Below the pieces are notes generated by a model. It made no database searches, had not been told where the DNA came from, and was given only the letters and a program-made list of their open reading frames with translations. From a virus (taxonomy: Duplodnaviria > Caudoviricetes), in IMG/VR virus record IMGVR_UViG_3300027921_000029, positions 1 to 38,889 of that record: DNA of 38,889 nucleotides; one strand, given 5' to 3'. Positions within the stretch are counted from its first letter, which is position 1, and each line of letters starts with the position of its first letter. The translations under genes were made by a program, and so were the position numbers. This document shows, in pieces, positions 1 through 8,036 of this stretch.

Positions 1-55
1 TAGCGCCGCGTGCTGGAGTTTGGCGAACAGGGCCAGGAGCCCGCCGCAGTGATAG
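1..55 (-). pseudogene. cas8c: 3' continuation of interrupted cas8c (Cas11-like C-terminal region); runs off the window
   Basis: Minus strand reads YHCGGLLALFAKLQHAAL, resembling the Cas8c 'AYxxGRLLAvLxxlQxxAL' segment. In frame with the 5' part once the prophage is removed. Confidence 0.85.
51..55 (+). repeat. Target-site duplication, left copy (GATAG)
   Basis: Same 5-mer at 36066-36070. The match extends to TGATAG, but the extra T is better assigned to the phage end. Confidence 0.85.
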
Positions 56-164
56 AGTAGGGAGGGGGGAGAAACCGGACGGTCAATGAAGGGAAAAAAT
101 GGCCCGGAAGCCGCGTGGTTACTGAGAAGTCGGCCGGAAGGCGGAAATCTTGATTTCCGGACAG
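56..164 (+). repeat. Left end (attL) with putative transposase-binding sites
   Basis: Begins AGTA. CCGGA at nt 20 from the end, as at the right end. TTGATTTCCGGAC at 150-162 matches the right-end repeats and lies in the inverted pair CGGAAATC-TT-GATTTCCG (142-159). Confidence 0.65.
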
Positions 165-258
165 TGCAGGGGGAAAAGTGGGGGAACCTCGGGCAGAAAC
201 AGAGGGAAATTAGGACGGGCGTTGGGGTATTTATCCTATTTGAAGAAGGTTTATTAGA

Positions 259-762
259 TCATCGAACACGGTTTAGAACGGCTGTCAGATGGTCTTCAAT
301 TACATCGGTAACAAGCTTCTGGTCTGAGGGAGGGAAGCCGATCAGGGGACGGGCGGGAAGGCCTGGGTGGTTTACTCGCTTGCGGTACATGCCGCCGAAC
401 TTGAGCGCTTTGGCCTTCGTCGGGGTGATGGTGTAGGGCTTGGTGCCGAAATGGTGGAGGGCGGCTTTCCAGTCATTCGACCCGAGGTGCAGGGTGTCGC
501 CATCGACCTGGTATTGGAATCGCAACAGGTCGCCGTGGTCATAGAGCATCTTCGGCTTGCGCTTGGTCTGGAGTGTCAGGGGCGACAGTTCCTTCCACTT
601 CGACCCATCCGGCGCCAGGCCTTGATCGTGCCGCTCCTGGTTCACTCGCAGCAATGATTCACCTAGGCTTCCGAGCATCTCCTGTGGCGTGGCGATCTCA
701 CGGCGCACCGCCTCAAGGGCTCGGGTCAGGTGGGAGACTTGGAATTCGATGGCGTATTGCAT
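259..762 (-). CDS. Phage virion morphogenesis protein (Mu gpG-like)
   Basis: PDGSKWKELSP…YDHGDL…HHFG…PARPLIG motifs; follows MuF; ATG at 762. Confidence 0.88.
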   Translation of the reverse strand: MQYAIEFQVSHLTRALEAVRREIATPQEMLGSLGESLLRVNQERHDQGLAPDGSKWKELSPLTLQTKRKPKMLYDHGDLLRFQYQVDGDTLHLGSNDWKAALHHFGTKPYTITPTKAKALKFGGMYRKRVNHPGLPARPLIGFPPSDQKLVTDVIEDHLTAVLNRVR

Positions 763-767
763 ATAGT
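739..767 (+). promoter_or_regulatory. Putative sigma70 promoter, antisense to the late left arm
   Basis: TTGGAA (739-744), 17 bp spacer, TATAGT (762-767). Confidence 0.45.
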
Positions 768-773
768 GGCCTT

Positions 774-858
774 GTGGTGACGTCAGACTGCGTTTCGGCG
801 CTACTGCCCAGTATCGGAACCACACCAACGCGGCCCACGGGCCGCGTTTCTATTTCTT
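774..858 (+). ncRNA. Candidate small structured RNA with a tRNA-like acceptor end
   Basis: GTGGT (774-778) pairs with ACCAC (819-823), followed by A-CCA (824-827). Internal UUCG hairpin (790-801). Promoter upstream and terminator hairpin downstream. Confidence 0.4.
827..858 (+). terminator. Intrinsic terminator-like hairpin (T-rich tail on the plus strand)
   Basis: AACGCGGCCC-AC-GGGCCGCGTT followed by TCTATTTCTT; abuts the muF stop codon. Confidence 0.6.
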
Positions 859-2130
859 GAACACCAGCCGACCTTTGCGTTGTCGGCTGAAGTAGGCTTG
901 GCGCTGGGCATCGCTCTTCTGAGTGGTCATGAACGCGGTGGAGCCGGTCCAGCCGGTGCGGCCCCACTCGAAAATGGAGACGCCGAATTCATTGCTTTCC
1001 TCCAGCTCGAACGCGCGCAGGTAACGGCGTTTCAGGCGCCAGCGGCCGTTTACGGCGTGGTCCTTCACCCAATCCCACCAGATTTCATCCGGTTCTATCA
1101 ACGTCATCGCCAGCAGGTTGACGTATTTCAGCCGCTCCGCCTTATCTGGCTTGCCGAGCCACTTGAAGTTGCCCTGCCCATCCTCAAACAGCGCCTTGGT
1201 GATGGCCAGCGTGCTACCTGCGGCATCGGTGAACGCCGCGCCGCGCTCCAGATCGGCGCCGAACACATCCAGGAAATCCGTTACCGCCTCTTCCGGAGGT
1301 GTGCCGGGAGGCAGGATTACGCGGGCCGGTACTTTCGTTGGTGCCGGTAGTGGCGGCCTTGGGATGCTGGTAGGCCACGGCTTGTCGCGCTCATTTATCA
1401 CTGCGTCATAGCCTTGCAGCGGTGGGACGGTGTGCGGCTCCAGCCAGGACTTGCCGGGGCTGTGGCCGAATCCAGGATCAATGCCAACCGGGGTGCTGAC
1501 GGTGCGCGGGTTGCTGCCGGTCTTGCCGACCACCTTCTCTTCCCATTCGATGGGCGGGGCTTCGTCCGGGCCGGTCTTGCCGGCCTTCTCCCACTCTCGG
1601 CTGGCTTCCAGGCGGGAGAGCGAATCCACGCGGCACTTGCAGCCCCAGCCGTTCTGTGGCGAGTGGGTGTCCCACCAGGGATCGTCGGCGGAGAGGATCA
1701 GGCCATCCCACGCCTGGTGCTGAAGGCGGGGATGTTCGATGCTGGTGTGGCGATAACGCCAGTAGGGGCGCAGGTGTTTGACCGCCTGCATCTGCTGGTA
1801 GCGGCCGGCGTTGTAGGCTTGAGTGATGTTGGTGTCGTAGATCACCTTGCTGCGCCAACCGGGAGAGCCGTTGTAGGCCCAGCCGTGCTTGGCGGCGATT
1901 TCCTCGAACTGCTTACGGAAGGCCGCGTAGCCGGTACCCTGTTCCTGCGCCTGGCGGATGGCGTTGTGGAAGTCTTCCAGCAAGGCATCCTGGGCGGCGC
2001 CCGCCACCACGAAGGCGTGGCTGTGCTGTTGCTCCCAGATGTCCGTCCAGCCCGAGGTCGGGAGCTGGGTTTTCTGGCGGAAGAATTCGATGGCCTGCTG
2101 GAATGGCAGGCGGGCGGGGGAGTCAGGCAT
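850..2130 (-). CDS. MuF (Mu gp30-like) head morphogenesis protein with C-terminal PBECR-like nuclease extension
   Basis: N-terminal MuF motifs (AFVVAGA, HPRLQH, PQNGWGCKCRV). C-terminal region with EPDEIW…KRRYL…GWTGSTAF…RKGRLVF. Confidence 0.85.
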   Translation of the reverse strand: MPDSPARLPFQQAIEFFRQKTQLPTSGWTDIWEQQHSHAFVVAGAAQDALLEDFHNAIRQAQEQGTGYAAFRKQFEEIAAKHGWAYNGSPGWRSKVIYDTNITQAYNAGRYQQMQAVKHLRPYWRYRHTSIEHPRLQHQAWDGLILSADDPWWDTHSPQNGWGCKCRVDSLSRLEASREWEKAGKTGPDEAPPIEWEEKVVGKTGSNPRTVSTPVGIDPGFGHSPGKSWLEPHTVPPLQGYDAVINERDKPWPTSIPRPPLPAPTKVPARVILPPGTPPEEAVTDFLDVFGADLERGAAFTDAAGSTLAITKALFEDGQGNFKWLGKPDKAERLKYVNLLAMTLIEPDEIWWDWVKDHAVNGRWRLKRRYLRAFELEESNEFGVSIFEWGRTGWTGSTAFMTTQKSDAQRQAYFSRQRKGRLVFKK

Positions 2131-2353
2131 TATTCTTAGGCGTAACGTCAAGCCTGAAGCTGCGATCTGGGTACATCTTTACCGCCTTTCTGAGAGCCCG
2201 CCGCGCCTCGTTAAAACTGGTGTATCGCACGGCCATATCCAGGTCGTTTGAAGCGCATAGGAGGCCAGGATCGTCTTCGTCGCTTGGCTGACCAAGCCAG
2301 CAAGGGCCAGGCGCGTTGACGCAAATGACGTAATCGAGTTTTTCGGGTGTCAT
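2123..2353 (-). CDS. Small hypothetical protein (76 aa)
   Basis: Overlaps both neighbours (translational coupling). Confidence 0.65.
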   Translation of the reverse strand: MTPEKLDYVICVNAPGPCWLGQPSDEDDPGLLCASNDLDMAVRYTSFNEARRALRKAVKMYPDRSFRLDVTPKNNA

Positions 2354-2634
2354 TTCTCGGCACCCCCAATATCCGCCCTACCACCAGAATCAGGCGCAAA
2401 CGGTGCGGCCTCATTTTCTTCTGCCATGACCCGCATCAAACGCTCCAGAGCGGCCAGTGTCTTGGGGCTTCTTCCACCACCACTACCAGGCCGACAGAAT
2501 TCAACCGTTACACATGCCGGTTTATCGGTCATTTGATCGAAGCCATCGCAAATCACATGCACGTCACCGTCGCCGTCCGTCCTGAGCCGCAGTTTTGCGC
2601 CTCTCGCCATATCCCCGTGGCGCTCGACTTTCAT
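2350..2634 (-). CDS. Small hypothetical phage protein (94 aa)
   Basis: ATGA overlaps with the portal stop and with the next gene; VEFC…GGGRSP motif. Confidence 0.7.
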   Translation of the reverse strand: MKVERHGDMARGAKLRLRTDGDGDVHVICDGFDQMTDKPACVTVEFCRPGSGGGRSPKTLAALERLMRVMAEENEAAPFAPDSGGRADIGGAEK

Positions 2635-4175
2635 TTCTCCACCCCCGCCCTACCCCCCAAATTCGCCGCCGCCATCCCCAGCGCCAGCGACTCCGCCCAT
2701 GCGGGATTGCTGACGGTCAGCGCCTCCATGCTGGCGATCGCGGCCTCAAAATCCCCCGCCTCGGCCACCACGGCGGCGATCTGCTGAATCATGGCCTGCT
2801 CATGCGGTGCGCACAGGGCCGCGAGCTGGGCGGCGTAGGCGCCTGGGAGGTCTTCGGCGGGCGCTTTGTCTTGCGCGGCCAAGGCGGCGAGGCGCACCAG
2901 GGCGGCGCCGGCAGGTGACGCACCAGCCTTGGGCGTGGCCAGTAGCCTCGCATCCTTCGCCGCGCGCGGGATCTGCATGGTCTTGTGCGCCCAATCCAGG
3001 TCGATTTCCATGCCCATGCCGACCGCCTTTTCCAGCACGTCGGCCATCTTGCCCTGGTCTACCGTCTCCTCGGTTTGATAGCCGAAGGTCGGAATCCGGT
3101 CTTCCGGGAACATGCCGTTCAGCAGGGCGATGGGGCGCACCAGTTGTGCCTGGATGGCCGGGACGATCTGCCGTACATCGTGCAACATGATCTCGCGGCG
3201 CACCTGGTTGTGGATCTCGCCGAGTGCGTTGGTCGACGTCTTGCCATCGGCCTGCGACGTCAATGTGCCGCCCAGGATCGCCATCGACTGTTTGCGTTCC
3301 CAGTATTCCGTCGCGTGCAGGAAGTCGTCGATGGTGCCGGCCTTGGCCGCCTGGATGAAGTCGATGCTCATGGTGCTGGGCACCACGCCGGCGCCGTCGT
3401 GGCCGATGTTGCGCACCGCGCGCAGCAGCTCGTCGCGTTGCTTGGGCGCGATGCCTGCCGGGTACTTGCCCAGGCGCAGCGGCAAGCCATACATCTCCAG
3501 GAAGCGCTGCATGTCGCGGATGTTGTAGGCCTTGTAGGCGTAGGTCCAGGCCAGCACGCGGAACAGCGCCGCCTGTGCGATGTATCCCGACTTGGCGCGG
3601 TGCTCATGCACGACCCAACCCCACTCGCGCAGGGGTTCGGGGATGCCGTTTTTCACATAGCGCAGTTCGCCGGTAGCGGTTTCCACCCGGAACTCCCGTT
3701 GTGGCACCCAATTCAGCGCCCGAGGCGTCCATTCAGCCCCAGTGCGCCAGTCAATTTCCAGTGCCGCGATGCCCTTGCCGACGGCATCGGTCACGTCATA
3801 TTGCGCATCTTCGAAGCGCGGGATTTCAGCCAGCATGACGGACAACTCCAGCGTCCTGTCGATTTCGGATTGGCTGGCGTCGTCATGCGGCGTCAGTTGC
3901 CAGCCCAGGCCGGTCACCGCCCGGCGTCGTTTGGCGAGTTCCGCGAAGATGTGCGGGTCCTGCTCTTCCACCAGCTCGAACAGGGTGGCCTGTTCCGTGA
4001 TGAAGCCCTGGTCGGCCGAGGCGAAGGCCTGGGCCAGGCGCGACGGGTCCAGCGTGTTGCTGCTGGCATAGTTGAGCGTGTTGCCCTGAGTGGAGCGCGG
4101 CCCAGCCTGGAGCGTGGCCAGGGCGCTCTTGCTCACACGCGACAGAGCCGCCACGAACTTCTGTTTAATCGTCAT
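2631..4175 (-). CDS. Portal protein (Mu gp29, DUF935-like)
   Basis: FLEMYGLPLRLGKYP, AILGGTLTS and ALGEIHNQVR motifs; follows terminase; start 4175 with GAGGA upstream. Confidence 0.92.
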   Translation of the reverse strand: MTIKQKFVAALSRVSKSALATLQAGPRSTQGNTLNYASSNTLDPSRLAQAFASADQGFITEQATLFELVEEQDPHIFAELAKRRRAVTGLGWQLTPHDDASQSEIDRTLELSVMLAEIPRFEDAQYDVTDAVGKGIAALEIDWRTGAEWTPRALNWVPQREFRVETATGELRYVKNGIPEPLREWGWVVHEHRAKSGYIAQAALFRVLAWTYAYKAYNIRDMQRFLEMYGLPLRLGKYPAGIAPKQRDELLRAVRNIGHDGAGVVPSTMSIDFIQAAKAGTIDDFLHATEYWERKQSMAILGGTLTSQADGKTSTNALGEIHNQVRREIMLHDVRQIVPAIQAQLVRPIALLNGMFPEDRIPTFGYQTEETVDQGKMADVLEKAVGMGMEIDLDWAHKTMQIPRAAKDARLLATPKAGASPAGAALVRLAALAAQDKAPAEDLPGAYAAQLAALCAPHEQAMIQQIAAVVAEAGDFEAAIASMEALTVSNPAWAESLALGMAAANLGGRAGVEK

Positions 4176-5886
4176 CGTCCCATTCCTCATCATTGCTTCT
4201 GCCCCGGCTGGTGGAGCGGGAGCGGGTGCGGCCCCGGCCGGCCGAGGTGTATTGCCACTCGCCGCCGAATTGCGTGGCGATTGAATGCAGCATTTCCAGC
4301 GCATCCGGGCCGTCGTCGTGGCTGGCCTCAGGCCAAAACTTCAGTTGTTCAATTAGGGTGGATTGCGTGCGGTGCAGGCGGATCAGGCCGTTGGACACAT
4401 GAGGTTGCAGGCTGATGATGCGCAGCCCCTTATCCGTGGACGGCGTGACCGGCACGCCGGGGAAGGCGATACCGCGCAGCGCGGCCCGCTTCACCAGCTC
4501 GCTGAACAGAAACGCCTGGAACTGCACCGTCTCCACTGCCCAGGCCACACAGGCGTATTCCGCCTGCAAGTCGATGGCGCGGCTGATGATCAGGTCCGGC
4601 ACCCGGCGGGCGATGTCCGCCTCCACCACGTCCAGGACCATCGTTTCTCGGTTCAGCCCGCCCACCAGCAGCGCCGACGGGTCGCGCGCCGCGCCTTGCC
4701 GACCAAGGGATGGGTCGATGGAACCAAAAAACACCCAATCCGAGCGCCGATCCACCCAGAATTGCAGGGTACGGAACGGCGCATCCTCATCGTTCCCCGC
4801 TTCGTTCTGGTATTCCTGGTTGAACGAATCGTGGTTGGTCGCACGGATGGTCATCAGCCGGTACAGCGGGCGCACCTCCGGCCAGCTCATCACCGCGCCG
4901 GCCTCCATCTCCGCCTTGTGGCGGCGGTAGAAGTTCAGGGCGTCGGCCTCTGCGGCTTCCTTGGCTGCGTCGTCATCGCCACCGCTGGTGTAGAGCGCCT
5001 CCCACTTGTCCCACAGTGCCAGGTTATCCGGCCATTGCAGAATCGCCCGGAACACCCGGCGCCGCCAGCCCGGCGCCCTGGCCACCCGGTTGATCGCCGC
5101 GTCGTAGTGCAGCGACGTGCCTACCCAGAACACATCCATGCCGCCCTGGGGCGGTGCCAGGCCCAGCACGGCGGAGAGCACGAACTTCTGCGTCTTGTCG
5201 CGCTGGCCCTTGTCCTTCACGTTCTCGTCGTTCTCCAGATCGTCCAGAAACACCAAGTCCGGCCGGTACGGCCCGTGTTTCATGCCGCGCAGCTTCTTGC
5301 CGGTACCGCCGGTCCTGATCTTGATGCCGTTGCGGGTGATCGCCGTGGTGGCCTGCCACACGCGGCCCTCGCCCACCGCCTCCGGGAAGTCCTGCGCCAG
5401 GCGCGGGTTGGTGTCCAACTCCGCCTTGATCGACGCCAGCATCTCGTCGGCCTGTTCCTGGGTATTCATCACGACCGCGACCATGTGCTTGCGCGCCTTG
5501 GCGGGCAGGCCTAAGCCGGCCAGATAGTTGGCGCGGCAGACGCACCACAGCGTGCCCAGTTGCGTCTCGTAGGTCGATTTCGCTTCGCCGCGCGGGGCTT
5601 CATGCACCTCGCGGGAATCGGTGGGGCCGTCGATCAGCGCCGGCAAGCGCTGGAACACGAACTGCTGGAACAGCGAGAAATGCGGGGTCGGGACGTAGTG
5701 CGGGAAGTAGGTCTGGCAGAAGAACTGATAGTCCACGATGGCCCGCTCGCGCCGCGCCAGGCTGGCGGCGGGGTCAGTGGGGAACGCCTCGCACTCCAGT
5801 TCGATCATCTGCCGCAGTTCTTCGCCGAGCTTCGCCAGCTCCAGCTCGAACTCGCGGCGGGTGCGGATTTCTTTGGGGTCGCTCAT
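4165..5886 (-). CDS. Terminase large subunit
   Basis: Walker A-like APRGEAKST, RPDLVFLDDLE, nuclease motifs IDPSLG and HDDGPDALEM. Confidence 0.93.
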   Translation of the reverse strand: MSDPKEIRTRREFELELAKLGEELRQMIELECEAFPTDPAASLARRERAIVDYQFFCQTYFPHYVPTPHFSLFQQFVFQRLPALIDGPTDSREVHEAPRGEAKSTYETQLGTLWCVCRANYLAGLGLPAKARKHMVAVVMNTQEQADEMLASIKAELDTNPRLAQDFPEAVGEGRVWQATTAITRNGIKIRTGGTGKKLRGMKHGPYRPDLVFLDDLENDENVKDKGQRDKTQKFVLSAVLGLAPPQGGMDVFWVGTSLHYDAAINRVARAPGWRRRVFRAILQWPDNLALWDKWEALYTSGGDDDAAKEAAEADALNFYRRHKAEMEAGAVMSWPEVRPLYRLMTIRATNHDSFNQEYQNEAGNDEDAPFRTLQFWVDRRSDWVFFGSIDPSLGRQGAARDPSALLVGGLNRETMVLDVVEADIARRVPDLIISRAIDLQAEYACVAWAVETVQFQAFLFSELVKRAALRGIAFPGVPVTPSTDKGLRIISLQPHVSNGLIRLHRTQSTLIEQLKFWPEASHDDGPDALEMLHSIATQFGGEWQYTSAGRGRTRSRSTSRGRSNDEEWDDDD

Positions 5887-6065
5887 GCGGGCACGCACAA
5901 GGGAGGAGACTGGACGCGGTACGCTGGATTTGGACACCTTCGGCCTTGGCACCAGCACACTCGGGCGCTACCCCGATCTTGTCCTTTCCGTCCCGGCAGC
6001 AACCGGGCACCGTAGAGGGCCGCTATCACCGGCCAATCTCCTCTCTTGTGCGCACAGTGGTTCAT
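5883..6065 (-). CDS. Small Cys/Arg-rich hypothetical protein (60 aa)
   Basis: ATGA overlaps at both ends; exactly fills the gap. Confidence 0.55.
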   Translation of the reverse strand: MNHCAHKRGDWPVIAALYGARLLPGRKGQDRGSARVCWCQGRRCPNPAYRVQSPPLCVPA

Positions 6066-6664
6066 TTGCGTGTCATCCGCGCCACCTGCACCAACCAGGC
6101 CGCCAGGCTGGGCGGGGTGTGTTCACGCTCGGCGCGGCTGACCTCCGGCCGCCACAGCGGGTGGCCCTTGCGCACCCGCTCGCCGGTTGCGGTGCGGCGA
6201 TCCTTCGACATCGCCACGACGTGTGTAGGCTCGCCAAGCACTAGCGGGATGGGCGGAATATCGCGCGGTGAGACGCCGACGATGTACAGCAGGGTGGCTT
6301 TCTGCGCCCGATGGCCCCACCAATGCTGATGAATCGGCAGCGTCCAGCCGCCGTGCTCGTCGTAATAGCCGGGTGGCGGAAGCTGCGCCTCCTGCCATAG
6401 CCGCGAGGCGCGCGGGTGCTCCAGCACGCCGCCGTAGCGGCGCACCATATCGACGGCGAAAAACGCCAGGTCGCGCTCGCCCGGTTCGGGCTTGGCGATG
6501 TGGGCGAAGCTCGCCCAGGCCCGGCACGGCGGATGGGCTACAACAGGCGCGCCACCAGGCCAGCGCCGGGCATCGCGGTCATGGTCCCAGACATCGCAGC
6601 CAGGGAGCGATTTGTAATGGCTGTCGCGGCGGGCGAACAGCACGGCGACGGGGCGCTCAGCCAT
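6062..6664 (-). CDS. Compact DNA cytosine methyltransferase-like protein (200 aa)
   Basis: HPPC (motif IV-like), VLEHP (VI-like) and QHWWGHRAQKAT (VIII-like); start MAERPV at 6664. Confidence 0.55.
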   Translation of the reverse strand: MAERPVAVLFARRDSHYKSLPGCDVWDHDRDARRWPGGAPVVAHPPCRAWASFAHIAKPEPGERDLAFFAVDMVRRYGGVLEHPRASRLWQEAQLPPPGYYDEHGGWTLPIHQHWWGHRAQKATLLYIVGVSPRDIPPIPLVLGEPTHVVAMSKDRRTATGERVRKGHPLWRPEVSRAEREHTPPSLAAWLVQVARMTRK

Positions 6665-7151
6665 ACCGCCTCCCCAGCACCGCCCCGATTTCATCCAGGT
6701 GCGGTTGCAGCGCCCGCAGCGCGCCGGGGTCGGCGGTGCGCAGGTGCTCGGCGACGGTGCGCAGGGTATCCAGCGCCACAGCCAGGCCGGAATAGGCCGG
6801 GTTGATGCGGGCGAAGGCCCGCGAGAACTTGGCATAGGCGTCGGCGAGCTGGGCCAGTAGTTGCGCCTTGTCGGCGGCCGGGATGGTGGCGGTCTCCAGT
6901 TCGCGGGTGGTGGTGATGACCTGGCGGGCGAAATCCTCCACCAGCTGCTGGTTAAGGTCGCCGATGCCTTGCTCGCTGATGCGGTAGGCGCCGCGCGCGG
7001 TGTCCCAGTTGTCACCATTAGCCGTCGCCCGCGTCTTCCAGTCCCGCGCCGTGTCGTAGCTCACGCCGCAGGTCACCGCCGCGCCATTGAGGGGCAGGCC
7101 CTCGATATAGAGCTGGCGGACGCGGTCGCGGGTTTCCTGGGAATGGGCCAT
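6657..7151 (-). CDS. DUF1804-like protein, probable terminase small subunit
   Basis: N-terminal HTH (MAHSQETRDRVRQLY…GVSYDTARDWK…GDNWDTAR); upstream of terL. Confidence 0.8.
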   Translation of the reverse strand: MAHSQETRDRVRQLYIEGLPLNGAAVTCGVSYDTARDWKTRATANGDNWDTARGAYRISEQGIGDLNQQLVEDFARQVITTTRELETATIPAADKAQLLAQLADAYAKFSRAFARINPAYSGLAVALDTLRTVAEHLRTADPGALRALQPHLDEIGAVLGRRYG

Positions 7152-7537
7152 TACAGGCGCTTCAGCAGTTCAACGATGCCTGCGGCCAGCGCGCCGCCGA
7201 TGCCACCGCCCAGGGCGGAGAGCTTGGAGACTTTGCCGATCATGACCTTCTCGCCCGTCTCCAGCGTGCTGACACGGCCGGAGAGGCCGTCGATGCGCTT
7301 GCCGACGGATTCATCCATCGCGCGCAGGCCTTGCGTGACATCGTTGATGCGGAGATTCAGCCCCTTCTCCATGTGGTCCATGCGGTCGTTGCTGGACCGC
7401 TCCAGGCGGGCGATGTCCTGGCGGATGTCATCGATGCGACGGGTGAGGCCGTCATTCATTGCTTTGACGGCGCCGGTCAGTTCGCCGATCGAATGCATGA
7501 CCTGCGAATCGTCGCGACGGTTGTTACTGGCGTCCAT
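7151..7537 (-). CDS. Coiled-coil protein with hydrophobic C-terminus
   Basis: Heptad-like pattern and GGGIGGALAAGIV tail; coupled to neighbours between lysis and terminase genes. Confidence 0.75.
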   Translation of the reverse strand: MDASNNRRDDSQVMHSIGELTGAVKAMNDGLTRRIDDIRQDIARLERSSNDRMDHMEKGLNLRINDVTQGLRAMDESVGKRIDGLSGRVSTLETGEKVMIGKVSKLSALGGGIGGALAAGIVELLKRL

Positions 7538-8036
7538 GGGGCACCCCCTCTTCGTATGAAATCAGTTTGTCGAGCCTGGCGCGGCAGGTCTCGTAGCGGT
7601 CCCAGGCGTGGGCGATCCAATCGCCGATGTCGGTATCGGTGGCAGCGGCTCCATCCGCTGCAACAGGTGTGCCGGCGGCTGCGGGCACAGGGGCTGCGGC
7701 GGGGGGCGCGTAGGCGCGGTTGAGCACGCCGACAACCCCGCCATCAAGGCAAGGCCGGCCAGTAGTGAGTTTGCGTAACGCATGGGAAACCTCCAGGGAT
7801 TTGCGGGCCAGGTCGGCCTCGGAACGGGACAGGTCGGCGGACAGGGCATCGCCGCGCACCACGGCAGCCTCCACCCACTCGCGCGCCACCTTGGCGGCGG
7901 CGGCTTCGTCCCGCGCCTGGGCCGCGCGGATGTCCGCGATCTCGGCGCGGTAGTGGTTGCGCGCCACGCCAGCCGCGCTGGCGGCGCCCAGGGCGCCGGC
8001 GACTACGGCCACCAGCCAGAGCGGCGGGCTGAACAT
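7524..8036 (-). CDS. Rz-like inner-membrane spanin
   Basis: N-terminal TM segment, Ala-rich coiled coil, two Cys; directly after the endolysin. Confidence 0.8.
   Translation of the reverse strand: MFSPPLWLVAVVAGALGAASAAGVARNHYRAEIADIRAAQARDEAAAAKVAREWVEAAVVRGDALSADLSRSEADLARKSLEVSHALRKLTTGRPCLDGGVVGVLNRAYAPPAAAPVPAAAGTPVAADGAAATDTDIGDWIAHAWDRYETCRARLDKLISYEEGVPHGRQ
7562..7783 (-). CDS. Rz1-like outer-membrane lipoprotein spanin, embedded in Rz
   Basis: GGAGG RBS, signal peptide with lipobox LSA-C, Pro-rich mature part; alternative frame inside Rz. Confidence 0.85.
   Translation of the reverse strand: MRYANSLLAGLALMAGLSACSTAPTRPPPQPLCPQPPAHLLQRMEPLPPIPTSAIGSPTPGTATRPAAPGSTN

Noticed and set aside
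50-55. 6-bp target duplication TGATAG (B3-like)
   Set aside because: It would make the ends asymmetric (AGTAG versus GTAA) and shift the CCGGA register by one. The 5-bp reading gives matching AGTA ends. Not fully excluded.
1-261. gpG is in frame with the cas8c remnant, with no stop between them except gpG's own TGA
   Set aside because: No start codon or RBS in the interval, and the base bias makes stops rare. Probably chance.
86-436. 116-aa plus-strand ORF at the left end
   Set aside because: Overlaps gpG antisense and the end repeats; no protein-like features.
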